A stretch of DNA of 63,706 nucleotides, counting the filler, from Rhabdomonas costata (taxonomy: Eukaryota): the NCBI GenBank assembly GCA_019059605.1. It is 49 parts of 49 records of this genome, joined end to end, with 100 filler letters (N's around TTAATTAATTAA, not from the genome) between each part and the next. Parts side by side here need not be neighbours in the genome. Positions count along the whole stretch, not along the records: positions 35,169 to 36,371 come from JAHMHO010023783.1; positions 36,472 to 37,673 come from JAHMHO010023784.1; positions 37,774 to 38,976 come from JAHMHO010023785.1; positions 39,077 to 40,278 come from JAHMHO010023786.1; positions 40,379 to 41,579 come from JAHMHO010023787.1; positions 41,680 to 42,881 come from JAHMHO010023788.1; positions 42,982 to 44,183 come from JAHMHO010023789.1; positions 44,284 to 45,485 come from JAHMHO010023790.1; 41 more parts are not named here. The stretch is one strand, 5' to 3'. The position numbers and the translations under genes are program-made. The notes under the pieces were generated by a model. The model did not search any database, was not told the DNA's origin, and saw only the letters and a list, made by a program, of their open reading frames with translations. Below are positions 36,363 to 48,765 of the stretch, piece after piece (the stretch's first letter is position 1; each line of letters starts with the position of its first letter).

Positions 36363-37320
36363 ACCACACTGNNNNNNNNNNNNNNNNNNNNNNNNNNNNN
36401 NNNNNNNNNNNNNNNTTAATTAATTAANNNNNNNNNNNNNNNNNNNNNNNNNNNNNNNNNNNNNNNNNNNNGTGTGTGGGGGAATGGAGGAGGGGTGCAG
36501 CATCGGCGAGTACATGGCCATCTTTCAGCGGCAAAGAAAGAGAAGTCAACCTGTGCAAAGGTGTCCATGGTATGGGAGAATGGGATTTTTTTTGGGAGGG
36601 GGGGGGGCGTTAAACGTTTTGGAATAACATCATTTGAGGGGCGGCCGGAGCGGCCAGATGAGATGGGAGATGCCATGGGAGGCGGACGCGCAACGGAGTT
36701 AATCGTTTAACGCCTTCCCCCCGCCTCTCGCCCATCAGCCCCAGAATTCGGGGTTCAGCCGCATGCACGGTTATAGGCGCCGGTATGAAGTTTACACTGC
36801 TGGACCTCAACTATTCAACATTTTAAGCTGATAACCCGTCCCACACTGTTCCCACCCTACAGCGCTTACATGGCGACCTCCAAAGTCATTGAAATCCACT
36901 CTGCTTCGGCGGCCCAGCGCGCGAGCACAGCAGAAAACGAGCACGGGAAGGATCGGAGGCAGCAATAGCATGGGAGAAAAAGGGGAGCTGGGGGTGTAGG
37001 AATGGGGACAGAGGCACCGCAGGGCAGGGCCCGGAGATAAAGAGAGAGAGAGAAAGAGCAGCAGGAGGCAGAAGCACACACGCAGCCCAACAGCTCACAC
37101 ACGTCCCCCCGCCGAAGTACGTACCTTCGCCGCAAAGCCTTTGCCGGGGCTAGAGTTAAGGGCGACCTGAAGGCGCCATTACTGGTGTCGACCCTTAATT
37201 TCTCCACACTCTTTCCCACAGCGATCCTGGGGAGCCTTAGGCGATGCACAGGGCCCCAGGTTTGGCGAAAGGGCAGAGGGAGACAAAGAGCCCGTCCAAA
37301 AAGAGGAGCAGGGGGGAGGA

Positions 37321-37398
37321 TTACACACGCACTGCGGCGGTGTTGTGCTCCACTACCCTCCGGAAGCCCTCCACCCAGGTGTCGTAGTCCCGCTGGTT
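37321..37398 (-). CDS. Terminal exon, PH-domain C-terminal helix-like
   Basis: ccgcag|NQRDYDTWVEGFRRVVEHNTAAVRV-stop, with a conserved-looking Trp in the helix. Confidence 0.45.
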   Translation of the reverse strand, partial: NQRDYDTWVEGFRRVVEHNTAAVRV

Positions 37399-37773
37399 CT
37401 GCGGTGGAATGAAATACTCATTGTGTGTGTCCGTGTGCCCGACGGCGATGATGTTTGTCCCGCTTCCTTGCATTTTCTGGGCAGACAGGACTAGAATGGC
37501 GCGAACGGTAGAAGCAACCTTTGCTTCAGCAGACGCGGACACAGTCGATTTTAACACCCTCCCCCCCTCACACACAAGATGCCAGCACCATTGGTGTCCT
37601 GGTCCCACAACATTCCCGAGAGCAGGCATTGAAACCCATGAATCAGCTATCGCGCATCACGAGTGAAGGGGATNNNNNNNNNNNNNNNNNNNNNNNNNNN
37701 NNNNNNNNNNNNNNNNNTTAATTAATTAANNNNNNNNNNNNNNNNNNNNNNNNNNNNNNNNNNNNNNNNNNNN

Positions 37774-38342
37774 GGTGTTTGGGCCAACGCATGGAGACCG
37801 CGTGGAAGAGGAAGGCGTGCACGCCACCTTCCTGCAGAGATTCGTGTTTTCGGAGTTTATCAAAGGAATAAGGATGCATCCCCAGCGCTTTCAACAGTTT
37901 TCAAAGGTGAAAGACACGGGGAGGCCGAGATATCAGAGGATTTTCACAGACAAGGCCTCCGGGAATGCAGGCGGAGAGGACGGACAGCGTGGTGTGTTAC
38001 ACAGCGGCCGTTTGAAAGGCGATTGTCCCCTAAATTGTCTAGGATTTCAATTTTTACGCTCGGTGTTGTCGAATTCAAAAACGTAGTCATGTCTTTTGTT
38101 ATCCAGAGTGCTTTTGTCGTTCTTCTCGCCTTTTGTTGTTACACGGGTGCCCTTAAAGAATCACAGCAGAGCCTTAGTCCAGAGCCCAGCGTAGACCAGG
38201 AGGGCACTGCAGAGTGTACAGCGGGTGGTAGAGTTTCAGAAAGTGTGTGGGTGGGAGCGGCGCAGCTTTACACAGGACAAGATCGTGGAAAGGTATAAGC
38301 GGCGAGAACCGCCCAGCGGAATCCCCAACAACAACCCAGAAG
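37774..38342 (+). CDS. Two probable exons (37774-37906, 38276-38342), unknown protein
   Basis: AAG|GTGA and CAG boundaries give an in-frame join ...RFQQFSK|DKIVERYKRR.... Confidence 0.45.
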
Positions 38343-39482
38343 GTGTGAGCCCTAAAGCCCGACAAATTGACCCCACTTGTGTTCACAGAAGCCTCCCAGA
38401 GCACACGCGCATTTCCCCCCTTCCCCCTCATTTGCAGAAGCTGTGGCAGCAAAGGTTTCCAGACTCCAAACTGGCTTGGTGAAGGCAAATGGTCGGCACC
38501 CCACATTTCAGAAAGACGACGCTCCAGTAAAGCATCTCCACAGTGACCCCTGGAAGTGAAGAATTGAAGCCACGGTCTAGGTGCAAGTCAACTAGGTAAG
38601 TCGATGCACACACATTGTGCAAGCAAGGTCCTGACACAGTCCAACGCGAGCAGGATCAAGAGGCATCACCACCTCCAGATGTAGGAGCCACTAAATAGTT
38701 CAGAAAATCGTTGGAGTGTGACAGTGAATAAAAAAGATAAAGAATCTGTTGGTGTATGTAGTCGTCAAAACGTTTCGAAGTCGTTTTATGCCCTCGAGCG
38801 AGACAGTGAGAGAAAGGATTGGGAAGGAAAGTGGAAAAGACGAAAAGCAGGAAGGCACGGCAAGCGAAAGGCACAGGAGAAAGGAGAGCAGCCAACAAGC
38901 AGAGAGTAGAACAGATAAAGCGCACCCGAGATATAAGAAGAGAGGCTGGAAAGGCTTGAGGCAAGACAACACCACCNNNNNNNNNNNNNNNNNNNNNNNN
39001 NNNNNNNNNNNNNNNNNNNNTTAATTAATTAANNNNNNNNNNNNNNNNNNNNNNNNNNNNNNNNNNNNNNNNNNNNTGTTGTTTGGAAGGCAGCGGTTGC
39101 CAGGGCTACTTGGTGGCGCAGAGACATTCTCGTCTCTCATTCTCATCCCGTCTAAACTTTATGCTAATATAGTTGAGTTTTCGCCGACAGCTTCAGTTCA
39201 CACGGGGACAGGTGACAGCAAAAACCCTTTGGGGGCGTCCCCCTTTCTGACAAAAGTGTAGATCAAATAGAGGCGGAAAAGTTTACATCTCTTATTGAGG
39301 CGCGCTTTGCAAATGGATCTCGCAGGACCATAAAAAAAGTGATACGGAATAACTGTGCCACCAAATTCGGGCAAGACGCTAAGTCTGAAAAAGAAACGCT
39401 TGTCTCAGGCAAAGCGATTGGTGAATTGTTTACATATTTTGACTGAACCGAACGTCCCGTGATAAAACCGATCCTTCCCCAC

Positions 39483-40001
39483 CCAACTGACGAGCTTCAT
39501 TCCCGTTGAGAGAGGGCGAGTCGTGGCGCTGCTTCTGACCCGCATCGACGACGACCCAATCACGGGCCACGTGCCTTGCACCCACTCCTGCCAGGCATTG
39601 GGGAACTCCTCGAACTCCGCCAGCTCAGCCTGAGCCCCCATCCCCAGCGCAAACTGCATTGCCACCACGGCAGCCCACTTTCGGGCATGCGGCAGCGGGG
39701 AGCCCAAACGGTGCTGCACCCCCGCCACTATGGGTCCAATCAATGACCACCCCGAGGTATTCTCCGCGGTTGACCCAACACCACCGGAAAGCTCAGCGGT
39801 GGGAACGTGGCGGAGCAAGAGCATCACGGCATGGCCGTTGGCGTGGTGCTCAGACTCCGAGCCGAGCAGGACGAAGGTGGGGTCCCCCCACCGCTCCAGA
39901 GCGGCCCGGGTGGGAGCGGAGCGAAGGGAGGTGAGTTCGGAAGGGGATGCCGCGGAGAAGAGCATTTCCACGGCGAGTTCAAGGGCTTCCCGAGGAAGAA
40001 C
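39483..40001 (-). CDS. TEL2: TEL2/TELO2 (TTT complex, PIKK co-chaperone) exon; 3' boundary approximate
   Basis: tttttcag acceptor. LERWGDPTFV...HAVMLLLRH...IVAGVQHRLGSPLPHARKWAAVVAMQF matches the Tel2 motif GVxxRLxSxxxxxRxxGMxVA. Confidence 0.75.
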
Positions 40002-42392
40002 CTGAAAAAAAAACCGGGGCGTCCCAAACTACAGGGGGGGGCCAACCTGCCGACCCGAAAGCGGTAAAAAAAAAATGAGAGCACAAGTAGAACCCCCCCC
40101 CCAAAAAAAATGCACTTGAAGCCAACAATGAATAACGATATTACAGAGTGTTCACAGCTAGGGTAAAAAAAATAGGCAAAACCGCAGCCGCAGGTTGGGC
40201 AAAGAAGCGAAGAGAAGGCTGAAGCAAGTGGTATGGATTCCACGTTTCGGTTAAATCGCGCTTGATCTCTTACCACAANNNNNNNNNNNNNNNNNNNNNN
40301 NNNNNNNNNNNNNNNNNNNNNNTTAATTAATTAANNNNNNNNNNNNNNNNNNNNNNNNNNNNNNNNNNNNNNNNNNNNTGTCTTCCCCCCGCCCCCTTTG
40401 AGTCGGTATTGGTTTCAGCTTCGTTGCTAGTCCCTGCTCGAATTGACCTATTATATTGTATCAGAGCGCTGAATTGTATTGGAGCTGTACGCACAGGCGC
40501 AAGAGGTTGCCACGCCTCCTTCGACTTTTTCGCGAGGAAGGCAAGAACCTCCAGTGTTTCTCCAAAGTTGGGTATGGAGAGGATCGGATGGTTTTTTTTA
40601 CCGGTTTCCCGTTTTCGCGGGCTGCTGGAGTACTTTCAGGGGTTGCGTGTCATTGTGAGTGAGTTTTTGCCGGTTCTCGAGCGAACTGCTGGTCGGCTGC
40701 GAGTGCTCAATGACACGGTGGGTGATTGAGGTTGAGGATGGGGCTTTTTGCGTGCAATTAATGCCCATCCGCCCCCGCTGACAGAACCTTCGCCGGTAGC
40801 TGTCACACTCGCCGCACGTCAATACCACTGGTCCCTGAGCCTTTCTCCCTTCCTGGTTCTTTCTGGATTGGTTTTTCTCTTTTCTCTCCGCTGTCGGATG
40901 TGTCATCCCCCCCCTCTACCGGACCACCTTCATTCCCCGCCGGTTCAGCTGTGCACGTGCAACCTCAGAGCGCTGGTATCCCAAACGATGCTTTCGTCCT
41001 CCACAAACCCGGCCCTTAGCAAGAAGCTTTTTTCGGGCTTCCTCTGGTGGGGTTGTGGGTCTGGTTCTTGCTCAGCTGAAGCCTGTGTGTCCACGTGTGT
41101 CCTGCGTTTTCGGCAGCCACCGTATTCTTTTCTCTGCACCATTGCTTCTCCTCTTCCTTTGTCCACTGCAACACTCGTAGGTGTTCTTTCGAAAGGTTTG
41201 TTCGTTTGAGAAAAATAGTGACGAAGGGAGGGCAGCTAGTTTTCAACTTGGGGCGTTAGCGAGAGTCGCAGTTTGGGGGTGGGGAGTGGTAACCTATATT
41301 CCTCTCCAAACACCCCATGCTTTTAGGTGCATCTCAGACAATGCTTTTTTGCTTAACTTTATTTGTTGTCAGAACCCGGCTCCAGCCTTCCTTCTCTCAG
41401 CTGATTCTGAGCTTAATCCTCAATGGGGTGGAACGATTTTCTGCATCTACACGGCTGTCTGCGTACGTTGGGTTCATGGGTCCTACGCCGTCTTCCCGCA
41501 CTTTTTCTTCTGTGGGTGTGGCGTCAATAAAAAAGTGCTCGGCACTGGCAGCTCCGTGATTCTAACGGTAAAAAAAAAANNNNNNNNNNNNNNNNNNNNN
41601 NNNNNNNNNNNNNNNNNNNNNNNTTAATTAATTAANNNNNNNNNNNNNNNNNNNNNNNNNNNNNNNNNNNNNNNNNNNNGTGTGGGTGTGTTTGGTGTTT
41701 TTGTGTATGTCTAATATACCTGTTTACGTAATGTGCTTGTGACGGTCACAGTCACCGGTAATTTCATTGGGTTTTGGTAAACTTTGCACCGCATGTTCAG
41801 CTCCTTTCAAATGAAGTTGTCTAGTTGCAGTCCTTTTCTTATGGCAAGCATGGATCACCCTATCCACTCGTGCACTGGGCAATCGATCGACCGCGAGTAC
41901 CCCACCCAGTGCTCAAAACGGCCGATTACGCTATGCCCGCAAAGGGCAGACCCACACAAAGACAAGGCTTCTTTCTCTCATGCTTTCTGTGCTCCATGCT
42001 TTTACTGTGGTGATTGGCTCTTTCGCTTCACCTGAAACACAGAGCAGAAGGGGGCGTCTTCAGTGGAAACAAAACCTGCGATGTGTCACGTGCGGCTGGT
42101 TCACAAAAATTGTACAAGACAATGAGGTCACCCCTTTCTCACCAAGCGGCCTTTCAAAATCCGTATACCACTCACAGTACTCAAGGCGGGAGCTTCTACT
42201 CAGGTCCCCCGCCTTTGGCGGATGCTGGGTCGCGTACAGCTCTTTCTCTTTGTTTGCGGATCAGTTTTGTGTCCTTGGCTGTGGGTTTACTTTCCACTGT
42301 GTGCAACTTTCACCCCCCTCCCTCCTGTTTTTTTCGGGCGTACGCAACCCCAACCCCTGCGTCAGACACCGTATTTCGGTGGGAACAAGTAT

Positions 42393-42501
42393 ATGCCTAA
42401 GAAAGGTAAGGAGGGAAAGGGGAAGCGGACGGCATCCAAACCGAAGCCCAAGGCCAAGCCCAAGGCTGCCGCCAAACCTGCAGCTTTAACTCCCGACTCT
42501 G
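42393..42501 (+). CDS. Probable first exon, Lys/Ala/Pro-rich N-terminus
   Basis: MPKKGKEGKGKRTASKPKPKAKPKAAAKPAALTPDS followed by G|gtatgc. Confidence 0.55.
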
Positions 42502-43740
42502 GTATGCCCCCTCCTCTTCTCCCTTTTTCTCTTTTTCTCTTTCTCTGATTAGTAGTAGGTTTTTTCCCGAACGTTTCAAATGTTCGTGGAGGGGGTCCGT
42601 CCTGTACGTTGAGCAATTGTCAAAATATGTCTCTGCTGCTCTGCGCCGAGCTTTCGCGGGGGTGGTTTATGCACCCTGTCTTGCTTTCTGCCTTGGGTCG
42701 TCACACCCTCAGTTGGAGCATTCGGTCATGCTTGCAGCCTTGCAGCCTCCCACGGTGTCCCTGCCAACATTGCCGGTCCAATTCCCAACGTCGATCGCCA
42801 CCAGAGCCACTCTGAAACCAGCAGCGTAAAAATTCCTGGGGAAGGATGCGTGAAACCAACAAAACCAAACACACCCACCACNNNNNNNNNNNNNNNNNNN
42901 NNNNNNNNNNNNNNNNNNNNNNNNNTTAATTAATTAANNNNNNNNNNNNNNNNNNNNNNNNNNNNNNNNNNNNNNNNNNNNGAACACTCGAGACAATAGA
43001 GATTTCATCTTGGGATTCGCAGAGGAGGGGTGGGGGAAGGGAACCTTGATGGGGCTGGAGTTCTCCTTCCCTTCGAAGGTCGAGCGCGACAAGGGCTTTG
43101 TAGGAGGATTGGTCTTGTACGAAAGCAGGGCAGCATCCGCCCCAGTCAGCCGCGATGAAGCTGCTGACTTTCCAGAAGACATCTCTTCCTTTTCTTCCTT
43201 TCAACCCAGAGAAAAACTCGATAAAAATCGGGAGGGAAAAGGTCACCTGAGGTTACAACGACCCAATAAGGAAGATCGGCCCCGTTCTAAGTTCCCGCCA
43301 TGACCGCAAGTAAAGCAAGTAAAGTGCTAACGGCCTTCGAGCAAAACGCCAGAAACGGGTTAACCAGGGACCATTGATGTCAGACAATGGCGGGAAAATG
43401 GCGAAACCACCACGCATTTTCATTAGGCTATAGCATGAAGCAAATGGAGTTTAGCCGGGACAATTTAGTTTTTGTGCGTCTGTCCAGGGAGAGTTAAATG
43501 TTTGACGATCTTAACCGTTTGGAACCGTTGGGAGCCAGTGCGGACGGCGGCTGAGGAGGATATGTTACAAGATCCAAGATGGAAAACACCAATTTCGTAT
43601 TCAATGATTAACACCATGAACACGTTCAACAGAGTTGTGCGGTCCAAACTTGACTTGGCAATTTTTTTGAGCGGTTAGGTAAACTGTGCTAGCAGATTTG
43701 TACGATGTTTGACAGGTTTTTTTTTGGTGTATGTATATAT

Positions 43741-44182
43741 GGCATTACTTTAGAATTGTACCCACGGCCAGGAACCCTAACCCTAACCCTAACCGTATCC
43801 CTAACCTTAACGCTAACCCTATACCTAACCCTAAACCTAACCGTAATCCTAACCCCCAAAGGTACTGACGAAACCGTGCTGACCATGAAGCTACACTTGC
43901 AGAAGAGTGGCCAAGCATGTTTTCAGCACGGACACCGCTGCAGTCGTGGGCCCACAAGTAAGCAAGCATGAGAAACTCTTTTTCAGAAAGGTTAGACCCT
44001 TCCAAAAGGCCATCACAGACAGCAGATACCCTCTTGCGGCACTTCGTGTTGGAACATCGCATCCCAGACTTAACCCTATGGGTATCACGCAACATTGAAG
44101 TTCCGCACGCGGGGCAAAGCCTGCAGCCGACAATAATCTTGTACTTTTCCATCCATTTTCTTCGCTTCTTGTCATCCCCAAC
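43741..44182 (-). mobile_element. Merlin (IS1595/ISXO2-related) DNA transposon fragment: N-terminal Zn-ribbon/HTH of the transposase, DDE domain missing
   Basis: CPACGTSM...MRCSNTKCRKRVSAVCDGLLEGSNLSEKEFLMLAYLWA...MLGHSSASVASWSARFRQ matches the Merlin N-terminus. The GG-initiated end at 43741 is only a TIR candidate. Confidence 0.75.
43773..43856. repeat. Degenerate telomere-like (CCCTAA)n array, about 14 units
   Basis: aaccctaaccctaaccctaaccgtatccctaaccttaacgctaaccctata... keeps a 6-nt period. Confidence 0.9.
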
Positions 44183-44539
44183 ANNNNNNNNNNNNNNNNN
44201 NNNNNNNNNNNNNNNNNNNNNNNNNNNTTAATTAATTAANNNNNNNNNNNNNNNNNNNNNNNNNNNNNNNNNNNNNNNNNNNNTTTTGCACCGCTACACC
44301 CCCCACCCCAACGCTCAGGCTCAAAAGTGGGAAAAGAAAACTGCTCAACTGGAACACAGCACAGGCTTTGTCTCTTTACTCTCGTTTTTCTGGTTCATCT
44401 CAGGAGGGCTTCGCAGAAGCAGCAACAGTAGTTTTGAGGGGGAGGGAAGGGGGGCGATTGGAAGGAACGGAAACCCGCTGGGGTGCCAAGCACCAAGTGT
44501 CACCATCCAACCTCCCGCACCCATGGATCTGCCTTGAAC

Positions 44540-45475
44540 CTGCCATTCCCCCATCGCAAAAGCAAGGAGGCCCATCAGCAGGCCTACCCACACAAAGAAC
44601 AGCACGGTGAGGCGGCGGGCCGGGGTCCACCGAGGGTGCCTCCAGGGCAGCCCCAGGAGGAGGTGGTGGGACATCACCACGGCAAGGAGCCCAGGGCGGT
44701 GGAAGAAGGGCACGGGAAGCCGCCCACCTTGCAGCAGAGTTTGGCGGTCCATTCGCTCCCGAAGCCTGAAAAGAGAAAAAGGTTGAGCACATCACCGAAT
44801 ACAGGGAATGGATGAAAGTGAGCTGTATGGGCCGGGACATGCCGTCACCAACTTTCTGAAGATGATCCTGAAAAGTCAGTCATTCCCATCGGATTTCAAC
44901 CCGCCGACGACCAATCAGGTAATGTTCAGAGGGGGGGATGGGGTGTAAAGAAGGGGCATCAGTGGATGCGTCAGTGGTTGAAGTACCTTCCCACCTCATC
45001 CCAGTACCCACCGCCACCGCCACCACTACTACTACCATGCTGCATTAAAAAACGTCATATTCAGATGCTCCAAAAACGAAAAGCGTAAAACAGTGAAAAA
45101 CTGGCGAAATGGCAAGACGCTCTTAACGCTAGGCCGGTCACATCAAAGTAACCTTATTCGAGAAAGAGAGAGGGAGGGAGGGTGACAGGGAGAGCGTGAG
45201 CTAGAGCGTGCGTGAGTGAGAACCAACGCAAAAAAATGCCCCCCCACAAGGGACGCGCCCCGCTTTGGTGGACAGAAATAAGAGAGAGTCATCGGCATCC
45301 ACACGGCAACCCTGATCCGTACCAGTTGAAGCCTTGGCATTATGCAGAACAGACTAAAATTACATGCCGCCGCGAGAGAAGCCAAGCAAAAAAAAAAGGC
45401 TGGACAGGAAGACCATTCTAGCCCCACCGCGGCGGCCAGAGCGAGCAGGTACGTCCCCCAGCTGCCCACCACGAC
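44540..45475 (-). CDS. Membrane protein, two exons (45414-about 45475, 44540-44765); polycystin-1/REJ-family-like TM region
   Basis: The GT-AG intron joins in frame (TG|G): VVGSWGTYLLALAAAVGLEWLRERMD...HHLLLGLPWRHPRWTPARRLTVLFFVW, resembling the H.WLS...FTRxQRxT motif. Confidence 0.55.
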
Positions 45476-46026
45476 ACACCACACANNNNNNNNNNNNNNN
45501 NNNNNNNNNNNNNNNNNNNNNNNNNNNNNTTAATTAATTAANNNNNNNNNNNNNNNNNNNNNNNNNNNNNNNNNNNNNNNNNNNNTGTTGGTGTGCGTGG
45601 CCTACTGCATGGGGTGATCGGATAGCTTTGGCCACTTCGAAAGTTAGTCAGGCTGCCGCTGTGCTCTGATGCGCACGCTCGTTTCTCTCTAATCATAAAC
45701 GGACAGGGGCAGCGGGAAGTTCGCACGCAGGTAACTGAGTGCAATCATCTTGGAAGGCGAACTCGTCTCCTTGGATTTGATGAGCTGCATTGCAGAATGA
45801 GACTTTGTTCGGCAGAACGCCACAGATCTAAAATCATGGAGATCTTCCCAACGGCATTCAGGAAATCGGAGCCGCTGTTTTGGGCAGTCCTTCGAACTGC
45901 AATTTGGCCTGAATCCAGTGAGCTCTTCACCAAATGATGCATTGCACGCCTTGGCCTTCGCACCAGCAAACCGATAATTCGGACGAAGGAGACATGAACG
46001 GGAATGAGAGAGGAGGCCGGGCATGC

Positions 46027-46787
46027 CCGGATCACGCTCATCAGGAAGGCGGAGAGGTTGCGCACGGAGCGGAGGTCCACGGTCGCCAGCCCAAGCAGCT
46101 GGAAGACAGAAATGCACGCATAGAACGGGAGCCAGAATATCTGCCGATGCAATGCATAGAGGAATCCACAGGTATCCAGTCCCCGCGTCGCAGTCACGGT
46201 GATAAACCACTTGACAGGGTTGAGAAACACACAGCATTCGGGGAACCAACCTGAAACATTGACCCATGCTGAGTGAAGTGAACTATTACGGTGCTTAACT
46301 AAACTACATAAAACCAACATTATCAACCGCTGGGACGCCCAACAACGGCAATCTCAAGCAGGCGATATGGTCCACCAAAAACCAAAAGCTGTGAAAGCGC
46401 AGCTCGTCCGGAGCCAAAGGGAGGGGAAGCATGCCCTGTATCATGGCCAAAGACAAGGTGCACACTGGTGCAAAAAGAGGGTGCCCCCCCCAGAAAAAAT
46501 CTCTGCGTAAATGTGGTGGGTATGTGGGAATGCTGAAGAGTGGTGGAGCGGGAGTTCGGGGCACCACTCCTGACGGTCATGCAATATGCATTTTTGTTTC
46601 AGGTATTCTCAACTCGTAGCCTCTGGAAGCTTCCCAACACAAAAAATCACACACACATACACACCAGCTGCTCCTGGAAGGGAGGGGGCTTCTGGACAAG
46701 CGCGGCGCGCACCGCGGGGTCGATCTCGGCCTCGCGGACGCCCCACACCCGCCACAGCACCTCCCATCCCACGGTGCTGCCCTCGCG
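46027..46787 (-). CDS. hnRNP Q/R N-terminal (NURR/acidic) domain-like protein, two exons (46665-46787, 46027-46098)
   Basis: The in-frame splice gives VREAEIDPAVRAALVQKPPPFQEQL|LLGLATVDLRSVRNLSAFLMSVIR, matching LDERA.EAL...DLSHVQNKSAFL.GV. Confidence 0.7.
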
Positions 46788-48189
46788 NNNNNNNNNNNNN
46801 NNNNNNNNNNNNNNNNNNNNNNNNNNNNNNNTTAATTAATTAANNNNNNNNNNNNNNNNNNNNNNNNNNNNNNNNNNNNNNNNNNNNGTGGTGTGGTCGT
46901 TTCGTGGTTCAACTGACGTGTGCCGAGGCATGGGGTGTTTGCACAGTGCGAAAACCGGATTTGTGTGAATGCCGAGGTTCGTTTCATTCATCAAAGAGCG
47001 CGGCCTGCAACTGCAGTGATTACACCGACCTTTGAGATGACGTTTCTGGAAGCAAGCCACTACTTCGATATCAAAGTGAACCCCCAACCCAACACACAAC
47101 GCAAAAAAGGGGACCTGGAAGGCATGGGAGGCAGCGCTGCAGAACGCTGCTGGAAAGGGCAGGAGACGGGGTAGGGCACGCGGGCTTTTGCGGGTGCCGG
47201 GGCAGCGCCCGGAGGGTAGGCCCCGGCAGGCGGCGGAGCTGCGCCCTGGTACACTTGGCTGGAGTGGGAGAAGAACCGACGCGGGAAGGAGACAGGGGGA
47301 GTGTTGGTAAAACAAACACGTGGAGCATGGAGCGAATGCAGCGCGGCAATGAGCAAACCGCAAACACGTCGATCTCACTACGAGGCAGGGCAGGACAACT
47401 GGAGGGGAAGGGGGGTGTCCCAGACATCACATCGGCAAACGCCCTCCCCACGTCTGGACCTTCTTGAGCACTGACTTCTTCTCCGGCGCCACTCAGGTTC
47501 CAGTTTAAATCCCGACAACCGAATAAGGTGAGGATACGCCGCCAAGAGCAAAATCGGACAATCCGCGACGGACACACGCCCCGGGGTATCCGTAGGTCGG
47601 GCTGGACCCGCGATCAGGTATTCCTCCCGAGAGACGAGAGACGCCTCCCAATACCACACATCATTCGCTTGTAACAGTGACTTGCTCACATCATCACATC
47701 GCCACAGACTGCTGGTCAAATCACCCCTTCCCCACGAGATTCAAACTGACCGAACCTCACTTTTGCGAAAGTATAACACAATACATCGTTAACAAACGAC
47801 AGCTGCTGCCACATCAGGATAAGCGCGTCAACGAAAACGGAGCTGGGCAAAGAGAGAGCGCCAACCTGAAGGCAGAGGTTGACTTCATCTGAGGAGAGGA
47901 AGTCCCTGCCGCGGCCGAGTGAGTCACTGTCCCGTCCGCCTGAAGCAAGGGGTACGATAGCGTTTGGACCTGAGAGAGAAGGAAAGAAGGGTAGTTTGTT
48001 CCAAAACGATAGCCACCGCTTCCACTCACGAAGGATGGGTCTGGCAGTGGTTGCGTTATAGAGGAACAACTCGTATATCCACACCCCCCNNNNNNNNNNN
48101 NNNNNNNNNNNNNNNNNNNNNNNNNNNNNNNNNTTAATTAATTAANNNNNNNNNNNNNNNNNNNNNNNNNNNNNNNNNNNNNNNNNNNN

Positions 48190-48765
48190 GGGCGAGAAAC
48201 AACAGATGGCACGGCACCCTCTGCCTTGTACAGTTAGATTTTCGTAATGCCTTCAACTGCTTGGCGAGAGAGCATTTCCTCCCTGAAGTGCGGACACGAG
48301 CCCCGATGTTGGGCCCATATGGGCAGTTTGGTACTATGCCTCCCCGACACCGACTGGACGTACCCCACCACCCTCCTTTCCGAGCCCGATGAGGCGAGCG
48401 CCCGCCCAGAAGAAAGAGAGCTCTGCCGGGACCTGGCCATTAGCCAGTAAATTAACGACCTTTGCTGACGCAAAAAGAAGAGCTTCTTGAGAGAACATGG
48501 TGCCGCAGAGCAACAGCTGGGGCGGAAACCGGAGGGTCCCGCTCCAGAGCCCGGGGCAAAGGACAGGGCGGCCTCCCGGACCGCATCTGAGGTGAAGACG
48601 GCCTCCACCGGGTAAGGAACCCATAACCACCTTCGGGAAGGCCAGGACAAGGAAGCTGGTGAACGGGGATGGAGCACGGACGAAGGCATCCAAAGCAGCG
48701 GTGAAGGCCTCCGCACAAGCCACTCGCACCCCTTTTGGAACACCGGTGACTAACGCCCCGACCCA
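48190..48765. mobile_element. Decayed and rearranged CRE/SLACS-like non-LTR retrotransposon reverse transcriptase
   Basis: Minus strand: SFAPGSGAGPSGFRP (frameshift) ...VVNLLANGQVP...GARLIGLGKEGGGVRPVGVGE. Plus strand 48192-48330: LVQLDFRNAFNCLAREHFLPEVRTRAP. Confidence 0.8.

Noticed and set aside
42327-42336. TTTTTTTCG resembling the 3' end of the euglenid spliced leader; also TTTCTGAGTG near 21067
   Set aside because: The matches are 10 nt or less and low-complexity, and the rest of the leader is absent.
39483-43856. TEL2 exon near a telomere-like array as a functional cluster
   Set aside because: They lie on different, arbitrarily joined contigs.
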